Shown piece after piece: positions 25,842 through 39,411 of a stretch of DNA of 64,000 nt. How positions within the stretch are numbered: position 1 is the stretch's first letter; each line of letters starts with the position of its first letter. The notes under the pieces were generated by a model. That model did no database searches. It was not told the DNA's origin and saw only the letters and a list, made by a program, of their open reading frames with translations. The DNA is taken from assembly GCA_003693705.1 (NCBI GenBank), contig RBZT01000591.1, forward strand, positions 10,249 through 74,248, written 5' to 3'. A program made the position numbers and the translations under genes. This DNA is from Polymyxa betae A26-41 (Eukaryota; Protista; Endomyxa: Phytomyxea).

Positions 25842-27840
25842 ATGACGGCAACAACTATGGAGAAGGCTCAGGAAGCATCGCAGACGAACCAGGGCTGGCT
25901 CCAGTTTTATTATGGTGAAGTCATGTTTCTCAAGTTGATCTGATTGAATGACCCTCATGACAGATCACCTGTTCCCTTTTGCTGATATGTACAAATGGAT
26001 ATCATATGGTAAAATAATGCTCAGTTTTCATATCAAAAAATGAAAGGCCATTTTGTCTCCGATCTCCCATTTCTTTTCGCCTATGATTAGCTTTCTGATA
26101 AAACATGGAGATCGGGGTGAAGATTTTGTTTAGCAAGTTTTTGGTCACGTTTGATTGTTTGATTCAATTTTCATAAATTTGACCTCCAGTTCCAGATTAG
26201 TGCTGCATTTCCATTTTCAACATTCCTCTTATTTTGAATCTCCTCCAGCCAGCTTTTTACTATATCTCTTTGATCCTGATTGCTTGATCTTTTAAGGTGA
26301 TTCGACTCCGACTTCGACATTTTCTCGGCGCGAATTCTCTATGACTCTGACTGGCGATACGTATTTGCGGTTTAAAAGCTACAAAGTTCTAGATGATTGG
26401 CGCAACGATGTGAGAAAAATGTGCCCCAGTATGTTTTTTTCTTCAATCACGACAGTCTCCGATTTTCAAACGTGTTTCCTCACAGTCAAACTGGATCTTG
26501 GTGGTATTTACAATGCAAAACCGTCGCAGAGGTCGGCTGCTAAAGATTTGATCTGTATCGAGAAGGAGTTCTGTATTGATATCGATGTAAGGTTTATTGA
26601 ACGATATATGGTATTCTCTAAGCGTTGCAGTTAACCGATTACGATGACGTTCGTACATGTTGCAGCAGCGATCGCATTTGTGAACGATGCTGGCTGTTTG
26701 CGGTTGCAGGCATGAAAGTTATTGATCGAATCTTAAAAAATGTAACGGATCACAGCCTTCCAATTTGCATTAACAATGTCACCTAGGTGTTCGCGTTTGA
26801 GTCTTTGTTCTGGGTGTTTAGTGGTCGTCGTGGTGTTCACTGTTGGGTTTGCGACCCAATAGCCCTCAGCTTGACCTCTGATCAGCGAAGTCATTTGGTA
26901 GCTTTTATGTCAGTTTATGAAGGCAATCAGAATCAAAGCAAGAAGGTCAGTATGCTTTAGGATAGTGTCGGTTCGCTCTAGTTTTTTTACTTATCGGTTG
27001 TAAGAGCTTTTGTAGGCTTTTTATAGATTCAGAAGAAATCATAGTTTACATAGTTTGAGGCCCGACAACTTGCTTGATCTTATGGCATCTTTTAGGTGAA
27101 TTTGCACTCGCCATTACATCCAACTCTGTATGACGCCTATACCACCCTGGAGCCATATTTCGTAAAGATCATGATCATGGGTGAGGGACTATTACGATCG
27201 TCAGACAGATGGGGATTTATTTTGAACATGATTCCTGATGTCGAATTACGACAGCAAATAGCGAATCATTTCGAACAGCACTGTAAGTTCTATTATTGAG
27301 TTCTCGCTACGATGCTAACTATTATCAAAGATGATAAACAGGATTGTTTAACGAGGTGGAAGCTCATAAAAAACGAGGTTGAAAACAAGGCAAAAAACTC
27401 TAAAGTCAGGCATCAATACAGATGGTACAGTTCGCTGATTTCCCTGATGTCTCGCCGATATGTTGATGTTAGGGATTTGGTCCTTCCTGAGATCGTTTTC
27501 ACTTACACATACCCTCGACTTGATGTTAATGTGTCTAAGCAACTGAACCACTTACTGAAGATGCCGTTTTGTGTCCACCCTAAAACCGGTACAAGGAAAG
27601 CATCACTTAACATCAGGTTTTGATAGTTTGTTGGGTCCAGGTCTTGTTTGCGTCCCCATTGACATGGAAAAGATCAGTGAATTTTCGCCTTTTACCGTTC
27701 CAAGCCTGAAACAACTATATGCAGAAATGCACGACGACGATGCTCGAGGAAACTCGCTTGTTCCTTACATTAAGTTCTTTCGGAAAGTAGCAGCTCGAGC
27801 AATGAAACAAGATGATGCAGAGCCCGATTTATCATTTTAA
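25842..27840 (+). CDS. PRIM1: DNA primase small (catalytic) subunit, multi-exon
   Basis: [74 protein letters not shown]. Confidence 0.95.
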
Positions 27841-28001
27841 AGCAAAAAAAGTATTCATGAATTCATGATTCGCCCTTACTGCTTTCTGACAAATGTAGCT
27901 TCCCAGAGCTTTAAACAGAGGAGCTTTACCGCACTTATAAAGCATATATAAGACTTTTTGCTAATGAATATATTAATGAAAGTAACCAATAAATAATTAA
28001 A

Positions 28002-30530
28002 TTAAGGGATGTCCAGTCTTTGGAATTCGTCATTTATGGCAGACACCATATGGTGCAATTCGAAAAATGTCGGCCTGTCTTGCGGCCGAATTGCCCAACA
28101 TTCCTGTATGACCTGAAATGCAAAGTCAGACAAAATCACAAATTAAGTATTGAAAATCCGATTAGTATCAAAATTAACAACGCCAAGCCAAGGTCAGCTG
28201 GAACACATGAAAGTGGTAATATCGCAAACCGCAGACCTGGCGAAATTCTGGACGTTGTTTCGTCAACTCAGGACGTAACCCTTCATTACAAACAGCATTA
28301 CGTAATCGGCGAAACCTGGTCACATGCGGAAATGGAGCCTGTCCAGAACAGAGAGTACTAAAGTTAGGGATTAGAAAAGAGTGGCTCCAGATGTGAATAC
28401 GGGTACTTTATGATGCAACCGACAGAGTAAACATCCGAATATGGACATGCCAGGCCTGCATTCCATTGTGAGCGGAGGTCATTAATACAGCGTGTTCTTA
28501 CCATCGCCATTCAAAACTTCGGGCGCTTCATACCCTGTACAGGTTTCATATTGATTGAGAAGTATTAACTGCCTCAAAGGAAACAACCCGGCGCCCCCTA
28601 TCCGAATGTGCATAGAGCCATCGAAGAACACCTATACAAGAAACATTTAGAGCCGAGTTCCTATAAGGCTCAAATACAACAGGACGATACCGTATTACAA
28701 GACAAGAATCCGTGTACAACTCCCTTTTCAGCCAAATAATCCATGGCGCTCACAATCTGAAGAACAATACGACAAATATCGGACGTCGACAGAAGGCCCA
28801 ATTGGATATCGATTCCATTCCTACGAATAAATTCATTGAGGTTTCCCATTGACATCCATTCTGCGACGACATTCAGAAACCATCAACAAATAAATTTGAG
28901 AGTTTTGCACCTTCAACAAGACATATTGCGTGAGAAGTAATTGATACACCATAGACAGACACTAAGTTAGGATGTGACAGTTCGCAAAATGATCCGACCT
29001 GAAGCAATAAGATTTAGAAAACATGAATACCTGTACCTTGCAAGCAAGGCCTAAAAAAATCCATAGATATCTGACGCCAACAACTTTACAAGACGAAACG
29101 TACATATTCTGCTAAATTTTGTACTAGATTACTTGGAATTTTGTGGAGATTGACGGTGTGTAGTGCAACATCATGGAATCTCCATTTCCCTTGCATGACA
29201 TGATTGTCGGAATCCGATAGATCGTAGTCAAGCTCGTCAGCCGATATCAACCTAAACAATCGCCACTGAGTGAAACACTATATTGATAATAGAAATGTAG
29301 TAACAAAACAGCAGCCACAAGAAACTGCAACAGTACATACCATCCAGAAACAGGAATAGGTTGCAAAATATAGGGAGGATCCTGAATCAAGAATAATGCA
29401 AAGACTTTCCAGTCCTAAAGAGATCGCTCAATGTGACCATAACACGAACTTCAGTTCTAAATAACCTGTGCTGCCAAAATTGGCAGTATTTCTGATAAGA
29501 TCATAGTGCAGATAAGAATCCAGCTGAACTGGCATATTCATTAAGAAAGGCCAAAAATGACGATACGAGACCCCCACCTTATCTGGATTAAAAATAGAGG
29601 TCCAAGTCGTGCCTATGAAAAACAAGACAAGAGTTATTGCCCTGAAAATTCGGCCCAGACTCCAAACAATTAACATCCAAGAAACGCCCACCATTCTATT
29701 ATTATCCAATTAATTATTTCTAAAAAACAGAGGAAGAAGCAAAGACAATCGACGACAAACCTTTTCCGATGAAGTAGTGATCTGAATGGGAATCCGGTGA
29801 TAAGAAAAAAGAAGAATAAAATGACAGTAATAAAAGCGATTATTGGTAATCCCAGACTGAGAGCAAACAGGCACCAACATATTAAATTGAATATTAGTGA
29901 AGCAATTGAAGTCGATATTATGACGTCTATAAAAACGAATATCAGAATTTGCACAGATGAGCAAACTGATGTGCCTAACGGGAAAACAACGCCAGCAATC
30001 TTACATGAAATATAAGAAACCATTAAAACTATTAGGGCAACGTTGAAGATGATATTAGCGCGATAGATACTGGCAATAATCTTTTCACAGTGGGCAGTTG
30101 TTGATTTCAATGCTATATGGAGCCATACAACAGCCATGAAGATATATAATGACAAAGCCGTCAAATCAGGAGTAAGTAAAATAGTTTCTTGAATGGCATC
30201 CAGCTGAGGAAATTGCGATAGAAAGAGATTAGCTGCAAACGATGCAAATCGAACAGAGCAGTGGACAGTGATAGCGATTTGCAGAGATCGATACGAACAT
30301 TGACGAGAAAGGCGACAGCTGAGTTTATACGATCTTCGCAAAAGGAAAGCATAAGTGAGGACGAGAAGGACGAGGGTTCCTCGAGCCGCCGAGATCGGCA
30401 GCAATTGCCCAGGACCTGATCCTAAAGGATCCAGCCATGGCTGCGACATCCTTAAAAATAATTCCATCAATAGGTGGAATGGGAGGCGAAATGTCGAAAT
30501 GGCTTCAGCTAAGGAGCCCTGAAGTGTCAT
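28002..30530 (-). CDS. THH1/TOM1/TOM3 (GPR137-like) 7TM domain fused to TKL-type pseudokinase, multi-exon (start approximate)
   Basis: TM region with LLTPDLTALSLYIFMAVVW and SEILP; spliced in frame to GKWRFHDVALH, ELSHPNLV, VHGFLSCNTV, RIGGAGL, GYEAPEVL, SDVYSVG, ECWAIRPQDRPTF. Confidence 0.75.
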
Positions 30531-31023
30531 AGAGGCCACGCTCTACTATATCCAGGCATTCTTATCGTTATGTAAAGAACATCTTTACTGTTCAGATCAG
30601 CACCTTATCGCCGAGATAATTTCGACAGAAATACCTTCATAGGACTGTAAAGATGTCCATGGCGGTTTCTATTTCGATAAGGGACGAAGGACAAGAGATC
30701 CCATTCTATTTCTAGAAAGCCAGCCGCCATATAACAATCGATCTTAGAATTGATTGACTGACGTCTTCAAGTACGTATTCCTAATGCCGTTCTGAAGGTT
30801 TTTGAGCGATGTCCTCTAAAACTTACACGCATCGCTTCCAAAGACAACGTCCTCTTGCTGATAGACCCAAACTATTGAAATCCAGTCAGGATGTTTCACC
30901 GTAGTAAGGGAATATACACAGCCAGTAGCTACAATCAGATGTTTGAAATTGACAGGTTAATACAGTAGGTAATAACATTGAATGGTTCTGCCTTTGGGTA
31001 CGAAGTACCAAATGCCAAAATGC

Positions 31024-32078
31024 TTAGCAAAGATCGTTTTCAGTCAATGGGCCGCTCTGGATCGACGAAGCAGAGAATATCTGTAAGCTATCTTCGTCTT
31101 CGCTCGATGAGTACGAATACTGAACAATGGATGCAGATTGTGAACCTCGCATCGCACGATCTGGAGCCCGTTGCTCTTGTGTGGAGTCTTTGGCCTGCTT
31201 TATTTGACGAGCATCTGTAAAACTCAGTCGAGAGCAAGAATGTAAAAAAAGGGACCTTCTGTTGAAAAGCTTCTTGGGACATTATCACCACCTATACATA
31301 AAATGACTGGGAGTTACAAAAACCAGCAAATCAACGATATTACGTCCGGAATCCGGCTTATTTACACCTGAAAACAATTGAGGCAAATCGACAAACATGC
31401 AACAAGACATATGGATGTTAGTAGAGAGCATCTCATAGTTCCAATAATTTGTTCATACTTTGGTTAACACGGGGTCTTTTTCTTTTGGGTACAACAGACA
31501 TCTGAAGACCATTTTCGTTCTTCTCTTCAGTTTCGAACACTGGATTCATAAAAGATACACGCTCAGGTTCAGGTGCCTCTCGTACAATTTCACGAACAGC
31601 AGACTAATATCGCATTAGAGATCAGAGCAGATGTATCTGCTTACACAAACCGTATAGGCAGCGATTTCTTTAGCATCGGCAAGCTTGCGTACCATTTCCG
31701 TCTGCACTTGCTGTTCAATAGCGTCGTTTAAGAAATTAGCTTCTTCTTCATCTATCGACGAATGAGAAAGCACCACAAACATGTAAACAAATACGTACCA
31801 AGACCGGGGGGAGCATTCATTTGCGATATCTTCATAGCGAATTCCGACTCTTTCTCGAGTTTGTTATCCTAACATCAAATACAATGACTCCATGAAATAA
31901 ATCAAATCTGAGAATGGACCGATACCTGTAGAATTTCGTAAAGAGACCTCTCGCGTTCGGCGACAAGCGAACCATGACGACCAGCGGCTTTGCGGGCATT
32001 CTCGGTCTCTGAGACCTCAATTTTGACGCCGTCAGAAGATAGCAACACGGCCGATTCCGTAAACCGCTTGGTCGCCAT
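31024..32078 (-). CDS. FAM192A: FAM192A/PIP30/Fyv6-family protein, multi-exon (3' end approximate)
   Basis: MATKRFTES..RSLYEILQ..NK..KESEF..DEEEANFL N-terminal pattern; C-terminal YSSSEDED acidic motif. Confidence 0.7.
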
Positions 32079-32635
32079 GCTGATCTTCGTGAACTCCTCG
32101 ACGATTACGCAAATATTCACTCACAAGTCGATAAAGAATTTCCTCTGCAAATTCAAGGATTTTTCCGAGTTCATGTTTATCTCATTGCATTGTCAGCATT
32201 TGCCAAAGGAGTCAAGCTTTATTTTGCAACGTTTCGGCCGGTAGTTTGTGCAGCGATCAGACTAACTTTTCAGAAGAAAGAAAAGATTCTAGTGTTTAGT
32301 GTTTGAAAGCCTCGTAGTTTGTTCATCACAGACAACAGTTTCTGACAAATCCCCAGCAGGCAACTGGATGTGATGTGTAAAGGTCTAAGTGGGCTTTGCC
32401 AGTTCCATCTTACGGTCTGTTGTTTCATAGGCAAAAGAATTGTTCGTGTCTTCCCTAACAATGGTAGTCATTCATGATTCAAAAACCGCCTGCTTTTGTC
32501 CGTCGCCACTTGATCTATTCTATTTACCAGAATTATGTTTCTGAGGTTGCGCTGCAGACGTGGCGCTGTCGTTAACAGCCTTATTTGCTTTCAGTAATCA
32601 GTTGAGATCTGCTAATCGGATCGATATTGAGTGCC

Positions 32636-34347
32636 ATGGCTCCGAGTTTGCTGCTGTTTTTGGTGATTATTGCGGTCACGGTGCGAGTGTCGGTGAGTCT
32701 GTCGGCCGACAGCAATCTATACCAGCAACTGGGCCTGAATATATCAGCAACGGATGATGATATTAGAAAGGCGTTCAGGAAACTATCCAGAGACTTTCAT
32801 CCAGATAGATCAACTGGTAAAAACTCGTTTCGTATTTATAGAATACAGCGAGAATCTGTTGGCTTTTCTTGTATCGTACTTTTACTGCTATGCTTCAATA
32901 GCCTTGTTATAATGCATCTTGACAATCTGGATTGATGTGTTCTTAATTTTGTTGGCGAGCGTACTCAATTGATTCAGGCAATCATGATAGATTTGTCGAG
33001 ATCCAGAAAGCTTACGATATTTTGAACGACCCAGAGTTACGTATTGTCTATGACCAATTAGGATATGAAGCTGCCCAGCAGGTAGAACTGATATCTATGA
33101 CTTTAAAGAACGATTGTTTATTGTATTGAGTTAGGCACAGAAAAGTGGTGTGGGTAATGTCATGAAAAGAACTGAGAATCAACATTACCGTGTGGAGGTG
33201 TCTCTTGAGGATATCTACTCTGGAACAGAAGTTTCTATCAACCATAGGCGGCAGGGTTTCTGTCCCGTTTGCAGAGGATCGGGATCCAAGCCTCACAGTC
33301 CTTTCGTCCAATGCTCACGTAATGGCACAGCCCGTCATTTTCACATCTTGATTATTCTTTAAACCGGCCAATTTCGTGCTAAATTTTCGCTGCAAAACTC
33401 AGCACTTACTGTGTTCTTAGAATGCCAAGGCACAGGGCATGTGACTCGTGTTCAACAGATGGGTCCTTTCTACATGCAAATGCAAGATGTGTGTGGCTCG
33501 TGTGGAGGTGCCGGAAGAGTTCCGAAACATACCTGCAAACGCTGTAAAGGAACGAAGGTCATTGAAGAATCAGTAACACTTCATGTATTCTTGCCCTGAT
33601 TATTGTATATCGTTCGTATTTATCACTTAATCTGCAGGTCGAAGTTGAGAAAGGAGTCCCCGATGGTCACCAAATCACCATCCCTCGAGCTGCTTCTTGC
33701 ATTCCTAAGACTATCCCTGGTGACGTTGTGGTTACGATAAATTCCAAACCACACAAACAGTATGCTCGTTGAACTTGATCGAACTTTGAATGTAAATGGA
33801 TTCGCCTCTCCAGGTTCCACCGCGATGATGCGTCGACATTGTCAAAATCTGTCACCATCCCATTGCGAAATGCCTTATTGGGATTCAAATCATCTATTCC
33901 ACATTTGGATTCCCATAAAATACTATTGGATAGAAGAGGGCAAATCACTCCTTTCGGCTTCACAGAGGTCAAAATACTTGAATTTTCTCGTGTTGATTTG
34001 ATGTCTGCTTTTGCCTGCTTTTGAATTGCAATCTCAATTTCATTATGGTTTGGTGAAATTACTATTAGCTCTCCATTTTGTCATGCCCTTCTAACTTCTT
34101 TGAGTTTCAATTTGGTTTTTTAGGTCATTGAGGGCGAAGGCTTGCCCGTGTTTGGAGAAAGCGATGCCAAGGGCAAACTTTTCATCAACTACAAAGTGAA
34201 GTTCCCCTCTAAATTTTCCCAACAGCAGCGCGAAGGTACTCTCACATATTATGCTGTGAATCTGCTGATGACAATTCACCTTCAGATATGATCCAGGCCT
34301 TCGGTAACTCTCAAAGCTTCGGGAATGCTGAACGGGATGAACTTTAA
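32636..34347 (+). CDS. ER-luminal type I DnaJ/Hsp40 (Scj1/ERdj3-like), multi-exon
   Basis: Signal peptide, J-domain with HPD, four CxxCxGxG-type repeats (CPVCRGSG, CSQCQGTG, CGSCGGAG, CKRCKGTK), C-terminal RDEL*. Confidence 0.9.
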
Positions 34348-34830
34348 CAGAATACGATTGAGCGAGCATTGTGTAAATGTATGATTAATATATAAATCTG
34401 TCAAATATCAAGTATATTATTCCTGTCTTTAGATACATCCATCTATCTGCACCATGATATTTTGGGTAGAAACTGTTTATTACACCTTTAATTGGTTGTG
34501 TTAAGTTTCATACTCATGACAAGGAAGAAGTGATTTATTTTCCAATTATATCGCTTCTTCCTTGTCTGGGAGTTCATAAATGACACGTTATTATGATTTC
34601 CTAATGCTATGATTTCCTAATAATATAGTTGGTAGTTTAACTGAGATATGAAGCAGCTGGTTGGCTTTTCAGGTTCAAATGCAATGGCTTTTTTTCAAAT
34701 AGTTCTAACTGAGAACAGCTTTAAAAAGTTTGACGATTGTTCGCAGGCTGGGCGCCTGCTATTCTGTAGAGAAAAATATGATCACGCTGAATTTATATTA
34801 TTCTAGGGAACATGGATATCGTTGATTGAA

Positions 34831-36095
34831 TCAGTCCTTCTTTTTGACGTGAATTTTCGGTCTGTGCGCGAAACCGCTTTTGCTGGAGACAAAACTGTTC
34901 CAAAGTCCATTTCCTGCTAACACAATAGCAATTCCTAGCAGGGCGAGTTCATCCCATGGGCCCTGTGATTTCCATCTGTAAAACGGAAACAGTTCAACAA
35001 AAAACACTGAAGAAGAATAGCGTTGCTTTACTGCTTAGTCATCGACGCCGTATACGCTAGAGAACAGGTGGCAATCAATGCCAGACGACGAGGTAAATGT
35101 AGATCAGATACAGGCCTCATCCCAATTGAGAAATGATTTAGCTGGAACAGATCGACGAAGATGCCACCGGCTGTATATTGAATAACTCGCATGCAAATAT
35201 GAGTGCAGTGTTGCTTACCACTAGAGAGCGTTATTCCACAAATAAATGCTAGAATATATTCTCCTGGAGCTGCGTTTAAAGCCGCTTCGACCTAAATACA
35301 GAAAAACTGAACTCGAGAAATCGAAAACAAAAATGGGAACAATACAGTCACATTTCAAAAAACAAAGTTTTTGGGAAATCGGCATACTCCTTGACAGACA
35401 CAAATAGCCCTATTAATGGCAGCTAACATTGAAAGTTGGGCGTTGATAAATGGTATTTCAGCCAGGATATGATATAACCCAGGAATGAGAGTCAACGCGA
35501 CCCAGCCCGCCACCATCACAGGAAAGAAGCTCATATTGAATACTAAGTCATATTGGAAATGTTTCCAAGAGCGGAACTGGATCAGATTGTGGTGGAAACT
35601 GACCTGGAACAGCCTGAGAAAGCAAAAAGGCAGTAACAACAGAGCCACCGCCGCCTCCAATCATAAAGCAAACAAAGCTTTGCCATTTCCCGATTGCTGT
35701 TCGTAAACCTGAGCGCTCCTCCCGAAACAAGCTGATATAGACTGCACACGCATGGGCGATCTAAATTATGCAGTCGGACATTCAACTTAGAAATATAAGA
35801 CTTGAAGCCATGAAAGCAGGCAGAAAGAGACATGAAACAAGAACACGAGGATTAGTTACCGGCGCTCTACACAAAGAAACAATAATAAAAAAAAATAAGA
35901 AACGGATGAGTAGAGAGCTTGGAGAAAGACGAAAGCGAAAGGTGACGCTGCTCATACGGTGAGAAGCGGAAGAGTGATATTAAAGACTGGAACACGATTA
36001 AGCTGATACAAAACATCTGGAACGCTGAGTATATCCTGACCGGGCACCTTGCCCAGCAGGACCGAAGCCCAATCCAAATGGCGAGCAGCGACCAT
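34831..36095 (-). CDS. Multi-pass membrane protein, probable TRIC/TMEM38-like cation channel
   Basis: Two glycine-rich TM repeats (FMIGGGGGSVVTAFLL, CGITLSSAGGIFVDLF) and C-terminal KKKD* ER retrieval signal. Confidence 0.55.
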
Positions 36096-36851
36096 GGGTG
36101 TCAACGACGCTAGGGGGACTGCAGAGAGACACGAGCCTCGGCCGATCGCAGATATTATTATGGCTTCAATAACGCTGATGATTGGCTATGACCGGCTTAA
36201 CAGAATCTCTCTTCAGCGAAATGTTGAAATTTTCCCGCTCATTGGCCCAGTCTGGGGTCTGAATTTCCCAACAGTTGTGGAAAAGATCCAGGATCTTCGA
36301 GACTGGAGGTTATACATATACAATAGATCGAAATAATTTTCTTCCATTGAGAAATGTTATAGATTTCCGTTGGCAGGAATTCAATAGCCATCTCGCTATA
36401 TCGTGAACCAGTGGGCTTTTAGGACGCTTATAAACTTGAAGATGTTGAGCATTCATTTGCTCTGATATTTCATGACATGATAACCGTAACAACAATCCAA
36501 TTCGGTTAATTCTCCCAACTACTCAAATTGAGCTATGATACCAGCAAAACAATTTCTGGGAGAGGCAAAAAGAGATCAGGGCAAACAATACAAAATGCAG
36601 AAATGGTTTGACGCCCTGACATCAGTCTATCGACTGCCAGTAATGATCTATGACAATCTCGATCACATTCCAACCTACAAATCTTAAGCTTTTATCGTTC
36701 TGCTTGAATTTGCTTGAATGGTGGAATAAAACGACAACACCGAATATCATCACGAGGTATATTCTGTAATAATCATTCCTGAATAAATCTATATAGATCA
36801 CTACAATGTAATGTAGAGCTAAGCATCAAGACGTCTCTGGGCGATCTGCTA

Positions 36852-38165
36852 TTAAAATAATGTAGTGGTGCCGAGTGATAGAACAGATCTTGGAATGCGT
36901 TTCTTCATCAAATCGACACGACTTGATGTGATCTGAATGGCTGGAGCCATCCAGGTTCCACATGAACATTGTGAACCACTCCAGTTGTAAGAGCCTAAAC
37001 GATATCCACAATGAGGACATTTGAGTTTGCCTTCGACATCGACCAGATTCCCGAACGTCCTATATTCCTAATTGAGTCTTTGTAGAAGACAAAAACAAGA
37101 ACACTGCTACATGAAACACAGAAAAAAGAAACGTGTTGACCATTTGAAGTATTTGAGAAAAGAAACGGGATTTGTTCGGGCAAAATCAGTTGGTATCAAC
37201 TAAATACAAAATTATTGTTGAGCAGCATCACTTTGTTAGTGAAAACTAAATGCAAATCATTGAAATCGCGGAAATTACAGCCAATTGCCAAGCAATATCG
37301 ATTTCAAAAGCCGTTTAGACCTGATGGAATCTTTGAGGAAGATCGAGGCGCAAACACGATTATCATGAGGTCGATCATGCTGCTCTACATCTTGATTGTT
37401 GAACAGGGCCCGGCTGCATTTCGCACACGAATAGAAATCGTCACGAAAAGCGATTTGAACCGGTGCATCTGGTAGCTGATTATCGATATCAGCCTCAAGA
37501 TGGTTTGCATTTAGGTCGTATCGATCAGCATCAAGCCCCAGCTTAACTAAATGCTGGACAATAGCTGTGTAATGATCTCGTAGAGCTGCCATCACTGGCA
37601 GATACAAATCCAGGTCATCACCGAAATTACAATCCAACGTCGTAGAGCGAGATCGATCAACAATCTGATCGATTTCAATCCAAACACCCGTCCCGATAGA
37701 GCTCTCAACTGGTTGTATTGGTCGAACAGGTAGCAGGATTAGCTCGACACCAGACACTGAAAACAACTCGTTCAGTACCAGATAGAGTAAGCAGGTCGAC
37801 AACTTATTAAAATAAAAATGAAGATCGCGGCATAATGACATTCGTTGAAGATAAGAAAGGTCACCTTGAATGCGAAGGACAGCTTTTGAAGAGCGGATTC
37901 GTTGGCGAAAATCGGAGAAAAGACCAGGAAAGCAATGATCAACATGATCGCAAAGAAGTTGATCTCTTCGATCAAGAGCATCCTGATACTCCTCATGGTC
38001 GCGGAATGGAGGCGATGGGATCACCAGGTCGTGATAGAATCGAGCTGATTGAAGCGGCGTATGACGATGGAATCGCCAAAGCAGCAACGAGATCCGATCT
38101 TGATCAGGAAAACGAGTGAATGGGATAAGAGAGGCGACAGGCTTGATATCAGATCTGGGTGCCAT
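36852..38165 (-). CDS. Protein with C-terminal Yvh1/DUSP12-type zinc-binding domain
   Basis: YSCAKCSRALF..H..CASIF and EGKLKCPHCGYRLGSYNWSGSQCSCGTWMAPAIQITSSRVD. Confidence 0.75.
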
Positions 38166-38637
38166 TTTAATCCATCAGCAGGAGGACCTGATAGGTCAAT
38201 CTCAATTCCGAAAATCCATCCAGCGTTTTTGTCAACTTCGGACTTCAGGGAATTTCCGCAAACTGACATTTTCGAAAGCAAAATCTGACTTTTATCATTC
38301 ACTCGCCAACATCAATTTCATCTTGTTTATCAGTATTCTAAATCGTATTGAAGACGGGGTGGACATTGCAAACCGAGAGCGTGAGATTGATGCTGTACGA
38401 CGATGTAATGACATTTCCCTGAGCTTGCTGCTAATAAAGACGATTGCAATGATGCAATCACAATTCCGACTCCGTTGGCGATATCACCGATAGGTCGGAA
38501 ATTCATCTCGCATAATGTCCTGAAACCAATGTCGTTGCCAAGCCGACATTACAGAAGACATTCCCATCCCAGCCGTACTTTGTCATTTCGAGTTGGCAAC
38601 CATGCATCGATTGCTGCCTTAAACTGAACAGAATCAG

Positions 38638-39145
38638 GTGGATGTATCTCGGTCACCATCACCTCAGCCATCACCTGCGATCCCGGCCTCTGTAATTGTA
38701 ACTCGATTGCAAAAGGATCTCGATCGTGTTATACAGCGCCGATTACGAAAGGAACAATTCGACAAGTCGTTTGACCTTTCTGAACCGAGAACTTCTTTTG
38801 ATTTAAGTGATATCGGGGCGTTCTGGGAAGAGTAATATTTATTTGTCATCATTGTTCACGTTATCGTACTGCCCCAGTATTTCATTTCCATTCTGTATTA
38901 TACAATCTCAAACTGCTCTAATTTTCGTGGTTCTTAGTACTGGATTTCAAGCTCAATGTCCTTGCTGCGAATACAACATTGATGCACAATGCTGTATTTC
39001 ATGTGGTAAATCGCTACTATCAAAATCGTCGCGAATCGTCTGCGACGACTGCTGTATTGATGGCAGGCCGCTTTCCTGCAACTATTGCTTCAATTGCGGA
39101 TATCCTTTAAAACAAATTGGTGCCGAATCTGAACGAATCGAATGA
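38638..39145 (+). CDS. Small Cys-rich double-zinc-ribbon-like protein (start uncertain)
   Basis: Terminal exon CPCC..CISCG..CDDC..CFNCGYPL (four CxxC pairs). Confidence 0.55.
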
Positions 39146-39411
39146 CACCATGATGTGGTGTCAATTTTTGCCAATTCCTTGATATCAAGTCTTGCAACAA
39201 CTCTTAATATTAGTCGATCAGGCTGTTATCAGCCAGTTTGCGATTACAGACTGGAAACTGGTGCTTTGAAAATCCAAAACGTCTCAGTCTCCGATCATGA
39301 AACGCCTCATGGGGCAAACTCAGTCGAGAAAAGACAAATGGACGGGTACTAAAACTCAACTTTCGACTTTGAATCAGATTTTAAAGGGTCTTGTTGAAAT
39401 ACAATCGTGTA

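Noticed and set aside
27682-27696. TTTCGCCTTTTAC resembling U5 loop I
   Set aside because: Lies in a PRIM1 coding exon (EFSPFTV) with no U5 stem or Sm site
28547-28583. Possible GC-AG intron in the pseudokinase
   Set aside because: The segment reads through in frame as the activation loop (FPLRQLILLNQYETCTGYEAPE)
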